Notes: generated by a model not told the origin, from the sequence alone. A DNA stretch of 64,000 bases from Candidatus Bathyarchaeota archaeon (GCA_005883075.1 VBAX01000047.1:29598-93597); one strand, 5' to 3'. Shown: positions 29,846-39,355, numbered from the stretch's first letter. Numbers and translations: made by a program.

Positions 29846-30607
29846 CTATCCAGAGAGAGTGTCGCCAGGCTCGGTTTCAGAAGAGCTCTTAACCGCTTTC
29901 CGCCATTCTCTCGCCTTGTCCCCAAGCCTGCGAAGCAGCTTATCCTCTTCACGAGTGAGAAGTTCGCCTTTGCCAATCTTACTTCTTAGCGAGGATATCG
30001 TCATCTCATCCTCCTCTACCGGATATCCTGACTCTTCGATAGAATGGAGAAGCGACCTCGCCTGGTCATCCACCTTTCCCACATTCTGTCTCTCCGCTCT
30101 TCCACCCTCTACGGTTATCTTGCTTGGCACGGTTGAGATCGGTTTGAATGCGAGAATATCCGTGATAGCGCCTGTACGTTCTCCCAGGTTCTTGAGAGAT
30201 GGCGCTACTTTCATTCCGATCGATACGCTATCAGGATCCTCCGCAGCAAGCAAGTGGATTATTCCTCCCTTGACGCCTTCAAACTTCACGAGGCCCACTG
30301 TTACGGGCGAGTCGGTGTCAGAACCTGATCTGTTCCTATTGACACAAGTGAAACTGTAGACATAACCTGGCTTGTCGATTGGAAACTGGTCTTTCATCTC
30401 GATGAAACAGTCGGGGCAGTACATTCTGGCCGGAATGTAAGTGCTCTTGCACTTTGAGCATTTCGAGACTAGAAAGCGACCGTTATCCCGGAGTTCACGT
30501 CGAAACTCCTCCCCTGCAACCCCTGCAGTGTAGTGGTATTCCAGAGGTATGCTGTCCGTCCAGTGCCGAGCTTGACCGGGTTGAGCGAGTTTCTCTAAAA
30601 TTGGCAT
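29846..30607 (-). CDS. DUF35 OB-fold/zinc-ribbon protein with an about 90-aa charged C-terminal extension
   Basis: CSKCKS...CPDC rubredoxin-like ribbon followed by an OB fold. Extra C-terminal tail rich in E/K/R. Confidence 0.7.
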   Translation of the reverse strand: MPILEKLAQPGQARHWTDSIPLEYHYTAGVAGEEFRRELRDNGRFLVSKCSKCKSTYIPARMYCPDCFIEMKDQFPIDKPGYVYSFTCVNRNRSGSDTDSPVTVGLVKFEGVKGGIIHLLAAEDPDSVSIGMKVAPSLKNLGERTGAITDILAFKPISTVPSKITVEGGRAERQNVGKVDDQARSLLHSIEESGYPVEEDEMTISSLRSKIGKGELLTREEDKLLRRLGDKAREWRKAVKSSSETEPGDTLSG

Positions 30608-30613
30608 GTCTTA

Positions 30614-31132
30614 CTAGTCTCCTATCGGTTTGAAGTAGCGGATATCTGTGATCGCTCCTTGCCGCTCGCTGGATGATTTCCATACTGCTTTGACTTTCAT
30701 GCCTACTTTGATCTTTGAGGGCTCAACTTCTCCTAGGTTGTGGAGGATTCCCATTCCAGGAGTCGCGCGGTCGAGATCGACGACAGCGACGAGTATTGGT
30801 GTTTTTAATCGTCGTGCATCAGTTCCGACGTGCGATATGGAGTAGGTGTTGACGGTACCTGTGTCTTTGACTTGGATCCATTCGTCCGTAGGCCGGAAGC
30901 ATTGCTCGCAGTACATTCGCGGTGGTACAAGGATCCGTTCGCATCTCATGCATTTCCTAGCGATTATCCTCCCCTCTTTCAATTCGGCTAAGAAGCGGCT
31001 GATTGCGACGCCTGCAGCCCAGCTGTACTTGGGCTCAAACTTGTAGACAACATCGAGGTACTTTCCTTCCCTCACATCCTCCGGAGTAATTTCGTGGCCC
31101 GGATAACTCGTAATCTTCTGGGACATATTCAT
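30614..31132 (-). CDS. DUF35 OB-fold/zinc-ribbon protein (thiolase-associated scaffold)
   Basis: CMRCERILVPPRMYCEQC zinc ribbon and an OB fold. Directly upstream of the thiolase-like genes. Confidence 0.75.
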   Translation of the reverse strand: MNMSQKITSYPGHEITPEDVREGKYLDVVYKFEPKYSWAAGVAISRFLAELKEGRIIARKCMRCERILVPPRMYCEQCFRPTDEWIQVKDTGTVNTYSISHVGTDARRLKTPILVAVVDLDRATPGMGILHNLGEVEPSKIKVGMKVKAVWKSSSERQGAITDIRYFKPIGD

Positions 31133-31141
31133 CTTCCTCCT

Positions 31142-32302
31142 TTAAGACCTCATTACCGCAACAGTTCCAACTTGCATAAGGTCACCCCAGGCCTGAGCGA
31201 GACCAGTCCGAGCGTCCTTCTTCACCTGTCGCTTGCCCGCTTCTCCCCGAAGCTGCCAAAATACTTCGCAGATCTTCATCATCCCAGCCGCCGCGATAGG
31301 ATTACCAACACCCAACAGCCCACCGGAAGGACAGACAGGTAGATCACCGTCCCGCTGCGTAACACCGTCAACGGCCATCTGGGGAGCTTCCCCCTTTCCT
31401 GCCAATTGCAATCCTTCCATGTGGTGGAGTTCCTTGTAGTCGAACGGGTCGTATACTTCTGCGATATCGATCTCTTTCCTGGGCTTCTTGATCCCCGCCA
31501 TTTTATAGGCCATCCATGCAGCCTTCTCAACATATTCTGGATAGGCCAAGTCACGGTTCGTCCAGTGTGTTGAATCAAGCGTCCAACCAACACCGTCCAG
31601 CCAGACAGGCTGATCTGTCAGCTTCTTTGCAACTTTCTCGGAAGCAAGCACCACCGCAGCAGCACCGTCGCTGGGAGGACTCACGTCCAATCGTTTGACG
31701 GGCCAGCAGATCGGCTCGGAATTCATGACATCCTCGACAGTAATCTTGGCCCCTAGCTGAGCACAAGGATGATCAACAGCGTTCCCCTTGTTCTTCACGG
31801 CAACGCTCGCGATCTCCTCTTCCTTGATTCCATACTTGTGCATATACCGTCTCATCTCCAACGAGAAAATCCACAGCAACGTCGTGCCGAGCGGCCTCTC
31901 CAGGATCTGATCGAAGATGCTCCAGAACGCATACTGAGGATGAGGGTGCAAAGGTGACATCTTCTCTTCGGCTACACAGAGACAAGTATCGTACATTCCT
32001 GAGGCAACGTTCCACCATCCGCCGATAGGGGTGAAGACTCCGGTTCCCCCTCCAACGTAGACACGCTGGTTGGGCTTGCCGATCCCGCCAGTCCCGTCTA
32101 GAAGATATTCTCCCTTCATGTGCATCCCGTCAAACGCATCGGGAGCCGATCCAGATACCACTGATTGGATATCCTTCAGCTCAAGCCCTGCAGAGTCGAG
32201 AGCCATTCTCGTCGCTTCAAACGAAAGCTCCTTCGGGCTTTCCAGCATTCGGCGACGGAACAATGTCATACCCGCTCCAACAATTGCTACACGATTCTTC
32301 AT
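31142..32302 (-). CDS. thiolase-fold protein (SCP-x/archaeal thiolase-like), apparently lacking the catalytic Cys and His
   Basis: Aligns along its length with the neighbouring thiolase. It has VYVGGGTGV where the paralog has LCTISSDGI, and GVGNPIAAAG where the paralog has GVGHLLEATG. Confidence 0.75.
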   Translation of the reverse strand: MKNRVAIVGAGMTLFRRRMLESPKELSFEATRMALDSAGLELKDIQSVVSGSAPDAFDGMHMKGEYLLDGTGGIGKPNQRVYVGGGTGVFTPIGGWWNVASGMYDTCLCVAEEKMSPLHPHPQYAFWSIFDQILERPLGTTLLWIFSLEMRRYMHKYGIKEEEIASVAVKNKGNAVDHPCAQLGAKITVEDVMNSEPICWPVKRLDVSPPSDGAAAVVLASEKVAKKLTDQPVWLDGVGWTLDSTHWTNRDLAYPEYVEKAAWMAYKMAGIKKPRKEIDIAEVYDPFDYKELHHMEGLQLAGKGEAPQMAVDGVTQRDGDLPVCPSGGLLGVGNPIAAAGMMKICEVFWQLRGEAGKRQVKKDARTGLAQAWGDLMQVGTVAVMRS

Positions 32303-32315
32303 CCCTAGATACCTC

Positions 32316-33467
32316 CTAGTTTCCTAACACCGCTGCGGCACCTGTGGCCGTGGGTATTCCTCTCCAGCTCTGAACGACCGCTTTCTTCACCCTTGGAATC
32401 TGCAAGCGTCCCGCCTGCCCCCTGAGTTGAAGAACAGCCTCAAGCACTCTGTGAAGACCAGTTGCCTCCAACAGGTGTCCAACCCCAAGGGACCCGCCTG
32501 ACGCGTTTACAGGCAAGCGACCATCTCTGTCGAAAGTGCCTGACTCGACCATCTTACCAGCTTTGCCTTTCCCGGCAAGTTTGAGGGCTTCGAGGCTCTG
32601 AAGTTCCTTGTAGGAATAAGTATCATCTACCTCAGCGAGGTCAAAGTAGGTCGTAGGATTTCGTATTCCTGCCATTTTGTATGCGCGAGCTGCTGACTGT
32701 TCCACGTACACCGCTTTCGCCATATCTCGATCCTCTATCCACGGCGTATCAGAACTCCAACCGATACCGCTTATCGAGACAGTATGGTCACCGAGCTTCT
32801 TGGCCTTCTGAGCCGACGCTAACACGAACACGATGCTCCCATCGATAGTCTTGCTCGATTCCAATTCGGTAAGTGGGGAAGCCGCAACTTTCGAGCTGAG
32901 CACTGCCCTCTTATCCAAATTTGCTCCGTGTACTCCGCGAGGGTTCAGCAGCGCGTTTTTCTTGTTCTTCACGGCAACCTGCGCGCAGTGATCTCGCTTT
33001 GTTCCAGTGTCCTTCAAGTAGCGAGTCATTTCCATCCCAGCGACAAATCTCGGGTCGGCGTTAACATGGTGATTGTAGATCGGGTCTAGCGCGAAGCTCG
33101 AGATCTCGTCCGGGTTCAGAACATCTGAGATCTTGCTGTGAGACTCCACAACTGCCACATCTGCGATTCCAGACATAATGTGCATACAGGCCGTTGCTAG
33201 GCCAACAATTCCATCTGATGATATAGTGCACAATGGCTTGAGGACAGCCCCGAGCTGGTCGGGCATGTACTCGTCAGTTATGCTGATGCCCTCCCAAAAA
33301 TCCTCAGTACAACAGATGAAACTCTGAACGTCTTTTCGAGGGTCTATCCCCGCGTCCTCATAGGCGCGGCTTGCGGCTTCAAACATTAGCTCTCGGGTTG
33401 AGAGTCCAGGAGTCATCGAGTCGAAGCCCGAATATCCGACTCCGACAATTCCTACACGTAGAGGCAA
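32316..33467 (-). CDS. thiolase (acetyl-CoA C-acyltransferase-like, archaeal/SCP-x type)
   Basis: Thiolase fold with a candidate nucleophile in LCTISSDG and a GHP-type His in GVGHLL. Confidence 0.75.
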   Translation of the reverse strand: MPLRVGIVGVGYSGFDSMTPGLSTRELMFEAASRAYEDAGIDPRKDVQSFICCTEDFWEGISITDEYMPDQLGAVLKPLCTISSDGIVGLATACMHIMSGIADVAVVESHSKISDVLNPDEISSFALDPIYNHHVNADPRFVAGMEMTRYLKDTGTKRDHCAQVAVKNKKNALLNPRGVHGANLDKRAVLSSKVAASPLTELESSKTIDGSIVFVLASAQKAKKLGDHTVSISGIGWSSDTPWIEDRDMAKAVYVEQSAARAYKMAGIRNPTTYFDLAEVDDTYSYKELQSLEALKLAGKGKAGKMVESGTFDRDGRLPVNASGGSLGVGHLLEATGLHRVLEAVLQLRGQAGRLQIPRVKKAVVQSWRGIPTATGAAAVLGN

Positions 33468-33527
33468 GAATCGATCGGAAGCGACGGCACGAACGCGTTT
33501 ACTATAAGACTTCCTCGAATTAAATGC

Positions 33528-35180
33528 TCACTGCAGTGGCGGAGGTGGGGCCGATGATGAAGCAGGCACTTGCTGTGGGGGCGAGGGTTGCGGAGACCTG
33601 GCTCTAGGCGTTCCACACGTCGTGCAGAAGTTTTCTGTTGGACTGAGAGGCTTTCCACAAGCTCCACAATAGGCCGCGGGTATTCCAATCGGGTAAGGCA
33701 GAGTAGTTGGCATGGCGGCTCGGCGAGCATGTTCTCTCTTCAAGGCCACGAGTACAACTGTGATGGCGACAGTAATTGGAGGCAGGATTATCGTAAGAAG
33801 TTCTGCAATGCTGAAGACAGGGATCGAGATGTTGACTGGTCCTAGAACACTGGTACTAACGACAGACCGTACTCCATAGGGTACTGTAACGCGCAGGTTG
33901 TAGCTGCCTGGTGGCAATTGTGCAAGAGTAGCGTTCCCTTCAGGGCCGGTTTTTACCGTCTGATTTGTCGAGTCAGGGAGGAACGTGAGAACGGTCGCTC
34001 CGCTAACGGGCAGAGAGTAGAATCGACCGACTACTCGGACGGGAATTGAGAAGACATTTCCCTGGATTGTCTGGCTTGACGCCGCGCTCGAGACTAGAGT
34101 GTTGTTTACAACGTTGACGCCGTGCCAGTATGCGTAACTGATCGTATAAGTGCCGCTACTCGATTGAGGGATGCTCTGAGACATGTAGTGAGTATAGTAG
34201 ATGACATTGCCGGTGCCTGGGTCTCGTAGCGAAATCCAATCTGGCGTGAAAGGGCTCCCATTGCGATCAATGAAGTTGAAGGAGGTAATGGTGGGAAATC
34301 CTGATGTGGGCCAGAGTGGTGTAGAGGGAGGGATCTGTCCAACTACCTTTTGATCCGCGGGAATATTGCTTCCAGCGAGGAAGTCGTTGTCAATCGATTC
34401 GACCTCAACCACCCCATAGGGATTCAGGAGGTTTGATTGACTGCTGTACCCGAAGCAGCAGTGGCTTACCCCGGTTGGCATTTGGTGCCATGGACCTGCC
34501 TGGCGTATTTCTAGATCTTTGAACTCGGCAGGGCCGATTATGTCTTTGTTGTCCGAGGCCTGGGCTACTTCCGCGATTCCCGCTGGAGCCTGGTTGCCTG
34601 AGCTAGTTGCTCCTGCTCCAAGATAGTTTCTTTCCGATGGAAGAGGTGATTTTCCGAGTAGATTGCCATCCATGTAGAAGGACCAGACGCCATTGCCGGT
34701 GTGGGTCATTGAGTATGTGTGCCAGGACCCTATTGGTCCGGCTGACCCTTCAGGGCCGATTATGGGCGGACAGTCACAATTAGGGGTGTTGAAGGTTTCG
34801 AAGAACCAGGCGCAACAGTACGGTTGGCCAGTAGTGCTTAGTCCGTTAAGATATCCTACTTGGACGAAACCTCCGGTGGAGAGTAGGGATCCTACCCAGT
34901 AAGAATGCGCGTCGTTCCGAACCTGGTCATAGACCGTTCTCATTGTAATGTTCGCGCTGTCAACATTGTAACTGTTGTTGTCACCAATGGCTCCGATCTG
35001 GAACCAGTAATAGCTTCCAAGAGCAAAGGTGGTGGTTTGGAGTGGTGCTTGCCTAATTGGTTGAGGGACGAGAGCCGAGTTGGAATTGACAGTCCACGGG
35101 TTATGGCCGAGAACCATTAGAGACTGGAGGCCGGCGACGCTAATGATGGCTAGGGTAATCCAAAAGGTCCTTGTCCTCAT
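33528..35180 (-). CDS. secreted/cell-surface protein with beta-sandwich domains, C-terminal TM anchor and a cytoplasmic Zn-ribbon plus Pro-rich tail
   Basis: Signal peptide. The N-terminal domain has YWVGSLLSTGGFVQVGY, weakly resembling the WVGIDG...LQTG region of G1 (eqolisin) peptidases. The C-terminus is a TM helix followed by CGACGKPLSPTENFCTTCG and PQPSPPQQ. Confidence 0.5.
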   Translation of the reverse strand: MRTRTFWITLAIISVAGLQSLMVLGHNPWTVNSNSALVPQPIRQAPLQTTTFALGSYYWFQIGAIGDNNSYNVDSANITMRTVYDQVRNDAHSYWVGSLLSTGGFVQVGYLNGLSTTGQPYCCAWFFETFNTPNCDCPPIIGPEGSAGPIGSWHTYSMTHTGNGVWSFYMDGNLLGKSPLPSERNYLGAGATSSGNQAPAGIAEVAQASDNKDIIGPAEFKDLEIRQAGPWHQMPTGVSHCCFGYSSQSNLLNPYGVVEVESIDNDFLAGSNIPADQKVVGQIPPSTPLWPTSGFPTITSFNFIDRNGSPFTPDWISLRDPGTGNVIYYTHYMSQSIPQSSSGTYTISYAYWHGVNVVNNTLVSSAASSQTIQGNVFSIPVRVVGRFYSLPVSGATVLTFLPDSTNQTVKTGPEGNATLAQLPPGSYNLRVTVPYGVRSVVSTSVLGPVNISIPVFSIAELLTIILPPITVAITVVLVALKREHARRAAMPTTLPYPIGIPAAYCGACGKPLSPTENFCTTCGTPRARSPQPSPPQQVPASSSAPPPPLQ

Positions 35181-35323
35181 CGCAGCTCCTTCACCGGTGG
35201 TCTTAGAGGCCTCGCGATTTTAGGAGCGTGGAACTCTCCCTCGTTGCTCTTGATCAAGATTTAGTTCTCGGCTAAGGTATAAACCGGAGCTTCCAAAAAA
35301 GGAATCTCCTAGAGGCTAATCGC

Positions 35324-36484
35324 TTGGGGTTCTTCGGAAACGAGCAGAAAGAACTCATTCAGATGATGTATGGGTCCAGCTCCGAGGACTATCTTCTCCT
35401 TCTAGACTCTCTCGGGGATTTTATCGAGAAAGAGATCGAGCCTACTGCACGAGAGATCGACGTGAACGCTCAGTTTCCACGCGAGAACATTGCCAAAATG
35501 TTCGAACAGGGCTTCACAAGCATGGGCTTTCCCAAAGAGTACGGAGGCCTTGAGCTTCCTTGGCCAGTCTACGTTGCCGCCATGGAGATGGTTGGCAAGG
35601 CTTGTGCCAGCACTGCCCTCTCTCTGGCGATTCATGGAACCTGTTGCGAAGGAGTTCGCCAGTTCAGTAATCCAGAGCAGAAGAAGCAGTTCCTTCCCGG
35701 GATGATCAGCGGAAAATCGTTTGCCGCGTTTTCCCTAACCGAGCCAGGTGCGGGATCGGACGCGCGAAATATGCAAACGCAGGCCCGGTTGGACGGCAAT
35801 GAATGGGTAGTTAACGGAACGAAAATGTTCACTACGAACGGTGGCTACTGTGACCTGTATTTTCTCTTCGCTAAGACAGCCAAAGGTCCTTCAGCATTTC
35901 TGGTCGATTCGAAGAAGGCGAAGTCAAGCAAGGACATTGAGAAGCTAGGCGTGAGAGGATCAGTGACTTCAGAGGTCGTGTTCGAAAACGCAAAGATTCC
36001 GAAAGAGAACCTTGTGGGAACGGAGGGAGAAGGATTCGAGTATGCAAAGAGGATGCTATGGGGTGGACGTGTGACTATTGGAGCGCTGACAACCGGAATT
36101 GCTCACGCCGCCTTCCAGAAAGCTGTGAAATACAGCAAGGAGAGGAGTGCATTTGGGAAAACGATATCCGAGTTCGAGATGACCCAAGCCAAGCTCGCTG
36201 ACATGTTGACGATGATTAACGCGTCCCGGATGATGGTTTACCGTGCTGCGCATCTCAAGAGTCAGGGACAGCCGTTCGAGTCAGAAGCTGCTCAAGGCAA
36301 ACTGTTGGCCACCGAGAGTGCGCTGAAGGTGTGCGATGAGGCAATTCAGATCTTTGGAGGTTATGGGTATGCGGACGAGTTTGATGTTCACCGTCACTGG
36401 CGGGACGCGAGACTGATGACGGTGGGCGAGGGGACCTCGGAGATCATGAGGCTGATTATCTCGAAGAATATACTTCATCCCTAG
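35324..36484 (+). CDS. acyl-CoA dehydrogenase
   Basis: 386-aa ACAD fold, including the IFGGYGY region and the catalytic-Glu region EGTSEI. Confidence 0.9.
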   Translation: MGFFGNEQKELIQMMYGSSSEDYLLLLDSLGDFIEKEIEPTAREIDVNAQFPRENIAKMFEQGFTSMGFPKEYGGLELPWPVYVAAMEMVGKACASTALSLAIHGTCCEGVRQFSNPEQKKQFLPGMISGKSFAAFSLTEPGAGSDARNMQTQARLDGNEWVVNGTKMFTTNGGYCDLYFLFAKTAKGPSAFLVDSKKAKSSKDIEKLGVRGSVTSEVVFENAKIPKENLVGTEGEGFEYAKRMLWGGRVTIGALTTGIAHAAFQKAVKYSKERSAFGKTISEFEMTQAKLADMLTMINASRMMVYRAAHLKSQGQPFESEAAQGKLLATESALKVCDEAIQIFGGYGYADEFDVHRHWRDARLMTVGEGTSEIMRLIISKNILHP

Positions 36485-36489
36485 TAAGG

Positions 36490-36993
36490 TCACAACTTCT
36501 TCTCGTAGAGGCTAGCTTTCCAGCCAGGTGTCTCAGTGTCTCTAACGTGGATGAATCCGACTTTCTGGTAGTATTCGCGGATAGTCTTGTTGCTAGCGAG
36601 ACAGTCAAGCCGCAAGTATCTCTTTCCTTCGGCTCTCGCTTTGGCCTCAGCCCATTGTATCATTCGAAGTCCGAGATGTTGACCGCTGTAGGAGCGTTTG
36701 ATGGCGAGCTTGTGAACGTACCCGGCATCCGGTGGGAGGTCGCCCCAGAACTTCTTGTCGTTCCATTGGAGGGTGATTGTCCCCACGGTCGCCTCTATCG
36801 CCTTCACAACGTATACCTCGCCTCGCTCAATATTGTCCTTGATTGTCTGCCGGAAACCCGGGCTGGGCCGCCACTGACTCTCAAGCCCCTTTGAAGATAA
36901 CCATCGAGAGGCTTCCTCCAGAATTTCCAGAACCGTATCAAGATCGCCTTGGTGCGCTCGGATTATCCTGACATCCGATCCAACGTTGACCAA
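36490..36993 (-). CDS. GNAT-family N-acetyltransferase
   Basis: 167 aa with a GNAT acetyl-CoA-binding Q/RxxGxG/A-like region. Confidence 0.7.
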   Translation of the reverse strand: MVNVGSDVRIIRAHQGDLDTVLEILEEASRWLSSKGLESQWRPSPGFRQTIKDNIERGEVYVVKAIEATVGTITLQWNDKKFWGDLPPDAGYVHKLAIKRSYSGQHLGLRMIQWAEAKARAEGKRYLRLDCLASNKTIREYYQKVGFIHVRDTETPGWKASLYEKKL

Positions 36994-37175
36994 ATAGCTG
37001 GCCCTATCTTCAACCCTTGCCTTCGTAAGATTTGGACGTTACCAGCACTTCGACCGACACGAGATACTCCTGAGACCTGCGCGTCGAGAGGCCGGGCTTT
37101 GTGTTACCTGATTCCCATTGTGAGGGTTAGGCTCTGGCTATCATAGGCCTTGCCAATGGCCCTAGCGACCCAACC

Positions 37176-37529
37176 ATGAAGGTCAAGCACAAAGCCAAGG
37201 CGAAGACAAGATCGAAACCTAAGACCAGAGCCAAATCCAAGACGAGCCGAACAACCCGGGCAAGGACGGCCACGATGCCAACCCCGATTACAACGCCAAA
37301 CCTGAGCCCCGATTTCAAGACCTGTGAAGAGGTAGAAGTTGGAGATATCGGCGGCTTCGGAATCACCAGCGAGGAACGGATGGAACGAGAGACCCGATGC
37401 TCTCAGCGCGCAATACAGTTCTGCAAGAGCTGTGCTAGGAACCTATGCAATACTCATTACGACCTCCTTCACAAAGACCACGACAATATCGTCCGCCACG
37501 ATTCAGGGCCGAGCCCAGTTCAAATGTAG
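37176..37529 (+). CDS. small protein with Lys/Arg/Thr-rich N-terminus and C-terminal Cys/His zinc-finger-like cluster
   Basis: C-terminal CSQRAIQFCKSCARNLCNTHYDLLHKDH. An antisense hydrophobic ORF (37127-37366) overlaps it. A terminator hairpin follows immediately. Confidence 0.3.
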   Translation: MKVKHKAKAKTRSKPKTRAKSKTSRTTRARTATMPTPITTPNLSPDFKTCEEVEVGDIGGFGITSEERMERETRCSQRAIQFCKSCARNLCNTHYDLLHKDHDNIVRHDSGPSPVQM

Positions 37530-37533
37530 GCGT

Positions 37534-37570
37534 ATGGTGGGACACCCGTCCCATCTTCTCCTTTTTTTTC
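37534..37570 (+). terminator. hairpin + T-run terminator
   Basis: GTGGGACacccGTCCCAtcttctccTTTTTTTT. Confidence 0.45.
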
Positions 37571-37882
37571 GGAACAATTGGGGTCTTCATGTTTCAAGCC
37601 AAATCATCGAAATGAAGCGCGATTGTGCCCTAGTCTCCCTCATCAAGGCCGAACTCGCTTGAATGGCTGTGTGTCCACGGTTGCTTCCCGCATCCTCTTG
37701 ATACAGTCGAAATAGGCTTCAATTGGGAAAAATGGATTCGTTTCAGCCGAATTGTGGGTAAGATCCTGAGCGCACCGATTGTCTTGGACGTCCTTTCGGG
37801 AACGGAAGCTTATTACTCGGTACGTCCAACCGGCCTTCAGCTATTACCTAACATTTCCCGAAAAAAAGGTGGAAAACAGCCT

Positions 37883-38554
37883 ATGAGAACACTTATCGTT
37901 GGAGCGGGACGAATTGGAATGCACCTAATTGGCTACTTATCTTCGAGTGATGAGAACCAGCTTACGGTTATCGAGAAGGAAGGAGAACGATGCAAGGACG
38001 TCGCCGACAAGTACGACGCGATCATTCTAAACGAAGACGGGTCGAAGCTGGATATTCTGAAGAAAGCAGACGCATCTCAAGCCGACCTGTTGCTCGTAGC
38101 TACGGATGATGATCGAGTGAACCTCGCCACTACCAGAGCTGCGAAGAAGGAGTTCGGCATTCCCCGGGTCATTGCGGTTGCTAACAGTCCCAAGAGCAAG
38201 ACACGGCTTATGCAAGCAGGAGCCGACGTGGTTATCTGTCCTGTTGACCTAGCCCTACGCGACTTTGAGAACGTACTCTCGAAAGATCACTCTATTACAC
38301 TCATGTATCGGTCTGCTGAGAACCTGCGGGTGGCTGAAGCTGTTATCCCATTGAACGCGTCGCTCATAGGCAAGAAAATTCACGAGATACAGCTACCCGA
38401 AAAGTGCAGGGTCGGTCTCGTGTGCCGGGACAACGGCTTCGTATTCCCTGAACCTGAGCTTGAATTGAAATCGGGCGACAAGGTCTTGCTTTTAGGCGAC
38501 GCACCCTCAGTGGCACGAACCGTGGAACTCCTAAGGTCGAGTGAATCAGCTTAG
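37883..38554 (+). CDS. trkA: TrkA-family K+ transport regulatory protein (RCK N- and C-domains)
   Basis: MRTLIVGAGRIG Rossmann motif preceded by an AAAAAAAGGTGG Shine-Dalgarno at 37861-37872. The six-frame ORF starts earlier, at 37754. Confidence 0.8.
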   Translation: MRTLIVGAGRIGMHLIGYLSSSDENQLTVIEKEGERCKDVADKYDAIILNEDGSKLDILKKADASQADLLLVATDDDRVNLATTRAAKKEFGIPRVIAVANSPKSKTRLMQAGADVVICPVDLALRDFENVLSKDHSITLMYRSAENLRVAEAVIPLNASLIGKKIHEIQLPEKCRVGLVCRDNGFVFPEPELELKSGDKVLLLGDAPSVARTVELLRSSESA

Positions 38555-38587
38555 GCTCGATCATAACGAAGGTCTTGCCCGGTTACT

Positions 38588-39355
38588 TTGGCTATTCCAA
38601 CCATCTACGACCTTTTGACTAGCAACTTCGCGATCAGTCTCCTCCAAGTCGTCGTAACCCTCCTCATCACCTTCTTGGTCGTGCGTTTTTACCGGATCAT
38701 TATTCAGAGAGCGGCAGGGTCCGTTCCTTCCGGTCTCGTAGCCAGCCTTCAGCAGATCGGGTCTTGGGCTATCTGGATTCTCGGAATAATCATCGTCCTC
38801 AGCCAACTCGCTGTAGCGATCAATGTGCTCCTTCTCATATTGTTCCTTGGAGGGGCTGCGATAATCGTCGCTTACAGGAATATTCTCACTGACATGGCCG
38901 CGTCCCAGTTCATCTCCACCTACCAATCGTTCAAAGTGGGAGAGTGGATAGAAATCCAGGACTATTATGGCAGGGTTGTTGAGAGAAACCTGATCCAGAC
39001 GAAGATTCTGACCCCGGACAACGAGATCGTTATAGTCCCGAATTCGACTTTGTTGAAGAGGTCCGTTGTAAACAGAAGCCGGTCCGGTGGCTTGCGGGTC
39101 CAGATTCCAGTGACTGTCGACAGCAAGTTTGACCTGAAAAACGTGGAGAAGATCCTCCTGGAAATTGGCCAGGAGCTGAAGACTGATCTTGTTCCTGACG
39201 CTCCTCCCCAGGTGAGAGTCACAGAGGTTACATCCCAGCAAGCTCACCTCGTCCTTATGCTCCGAGTAACTAATCCGGCCAAGCGTGATCAGCTCATCTC
39301 AGATGTTCAAGAGAAATTCTACGAACTCCTTCCTGAACTCGACGCTCGAAAGTAG
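38588..39355 (+). CDS. mechanosensitive ion channel (MscS family)
   Basis: 3 TM helices followed by an MscS beta-domain (VGEWIEIQDYYGRVVERNLIQTKILTPDNEIVIVPNS). Confidence 0.8.
   Translation: MAIPTIYDLLTSNFAISLLQVVVTLLITFLVVRFYRIIIQRAAGSVPSGLVASLQQIGSWAIWILGIIIVLSQLAVAINVLLLILFLGGAAIIVAYRNILTDMAASQFISTYQSFKVGEWIEIQDYYGRVVERNLIQTKILTPDNEIVIVPNSTLLKRSVVNRSRSGGLRVQIPVTVDSKFDLKNVEKILLEIGQELKTDLVPDAPPQVRVTEVTSQQAHLVLMLRVTNPAKRDQLISDVQEKFYELLPELDARK

Noticed and set aside
37127-37366. Hydrophobic antisense ORF opposite the small basic Zn-finger ORF
   Set aside because: Not rejected outright. The plus-strand ORF is slightly preferred because a terminator hairpin lies immediately after it, but the coding strand is unresolved.
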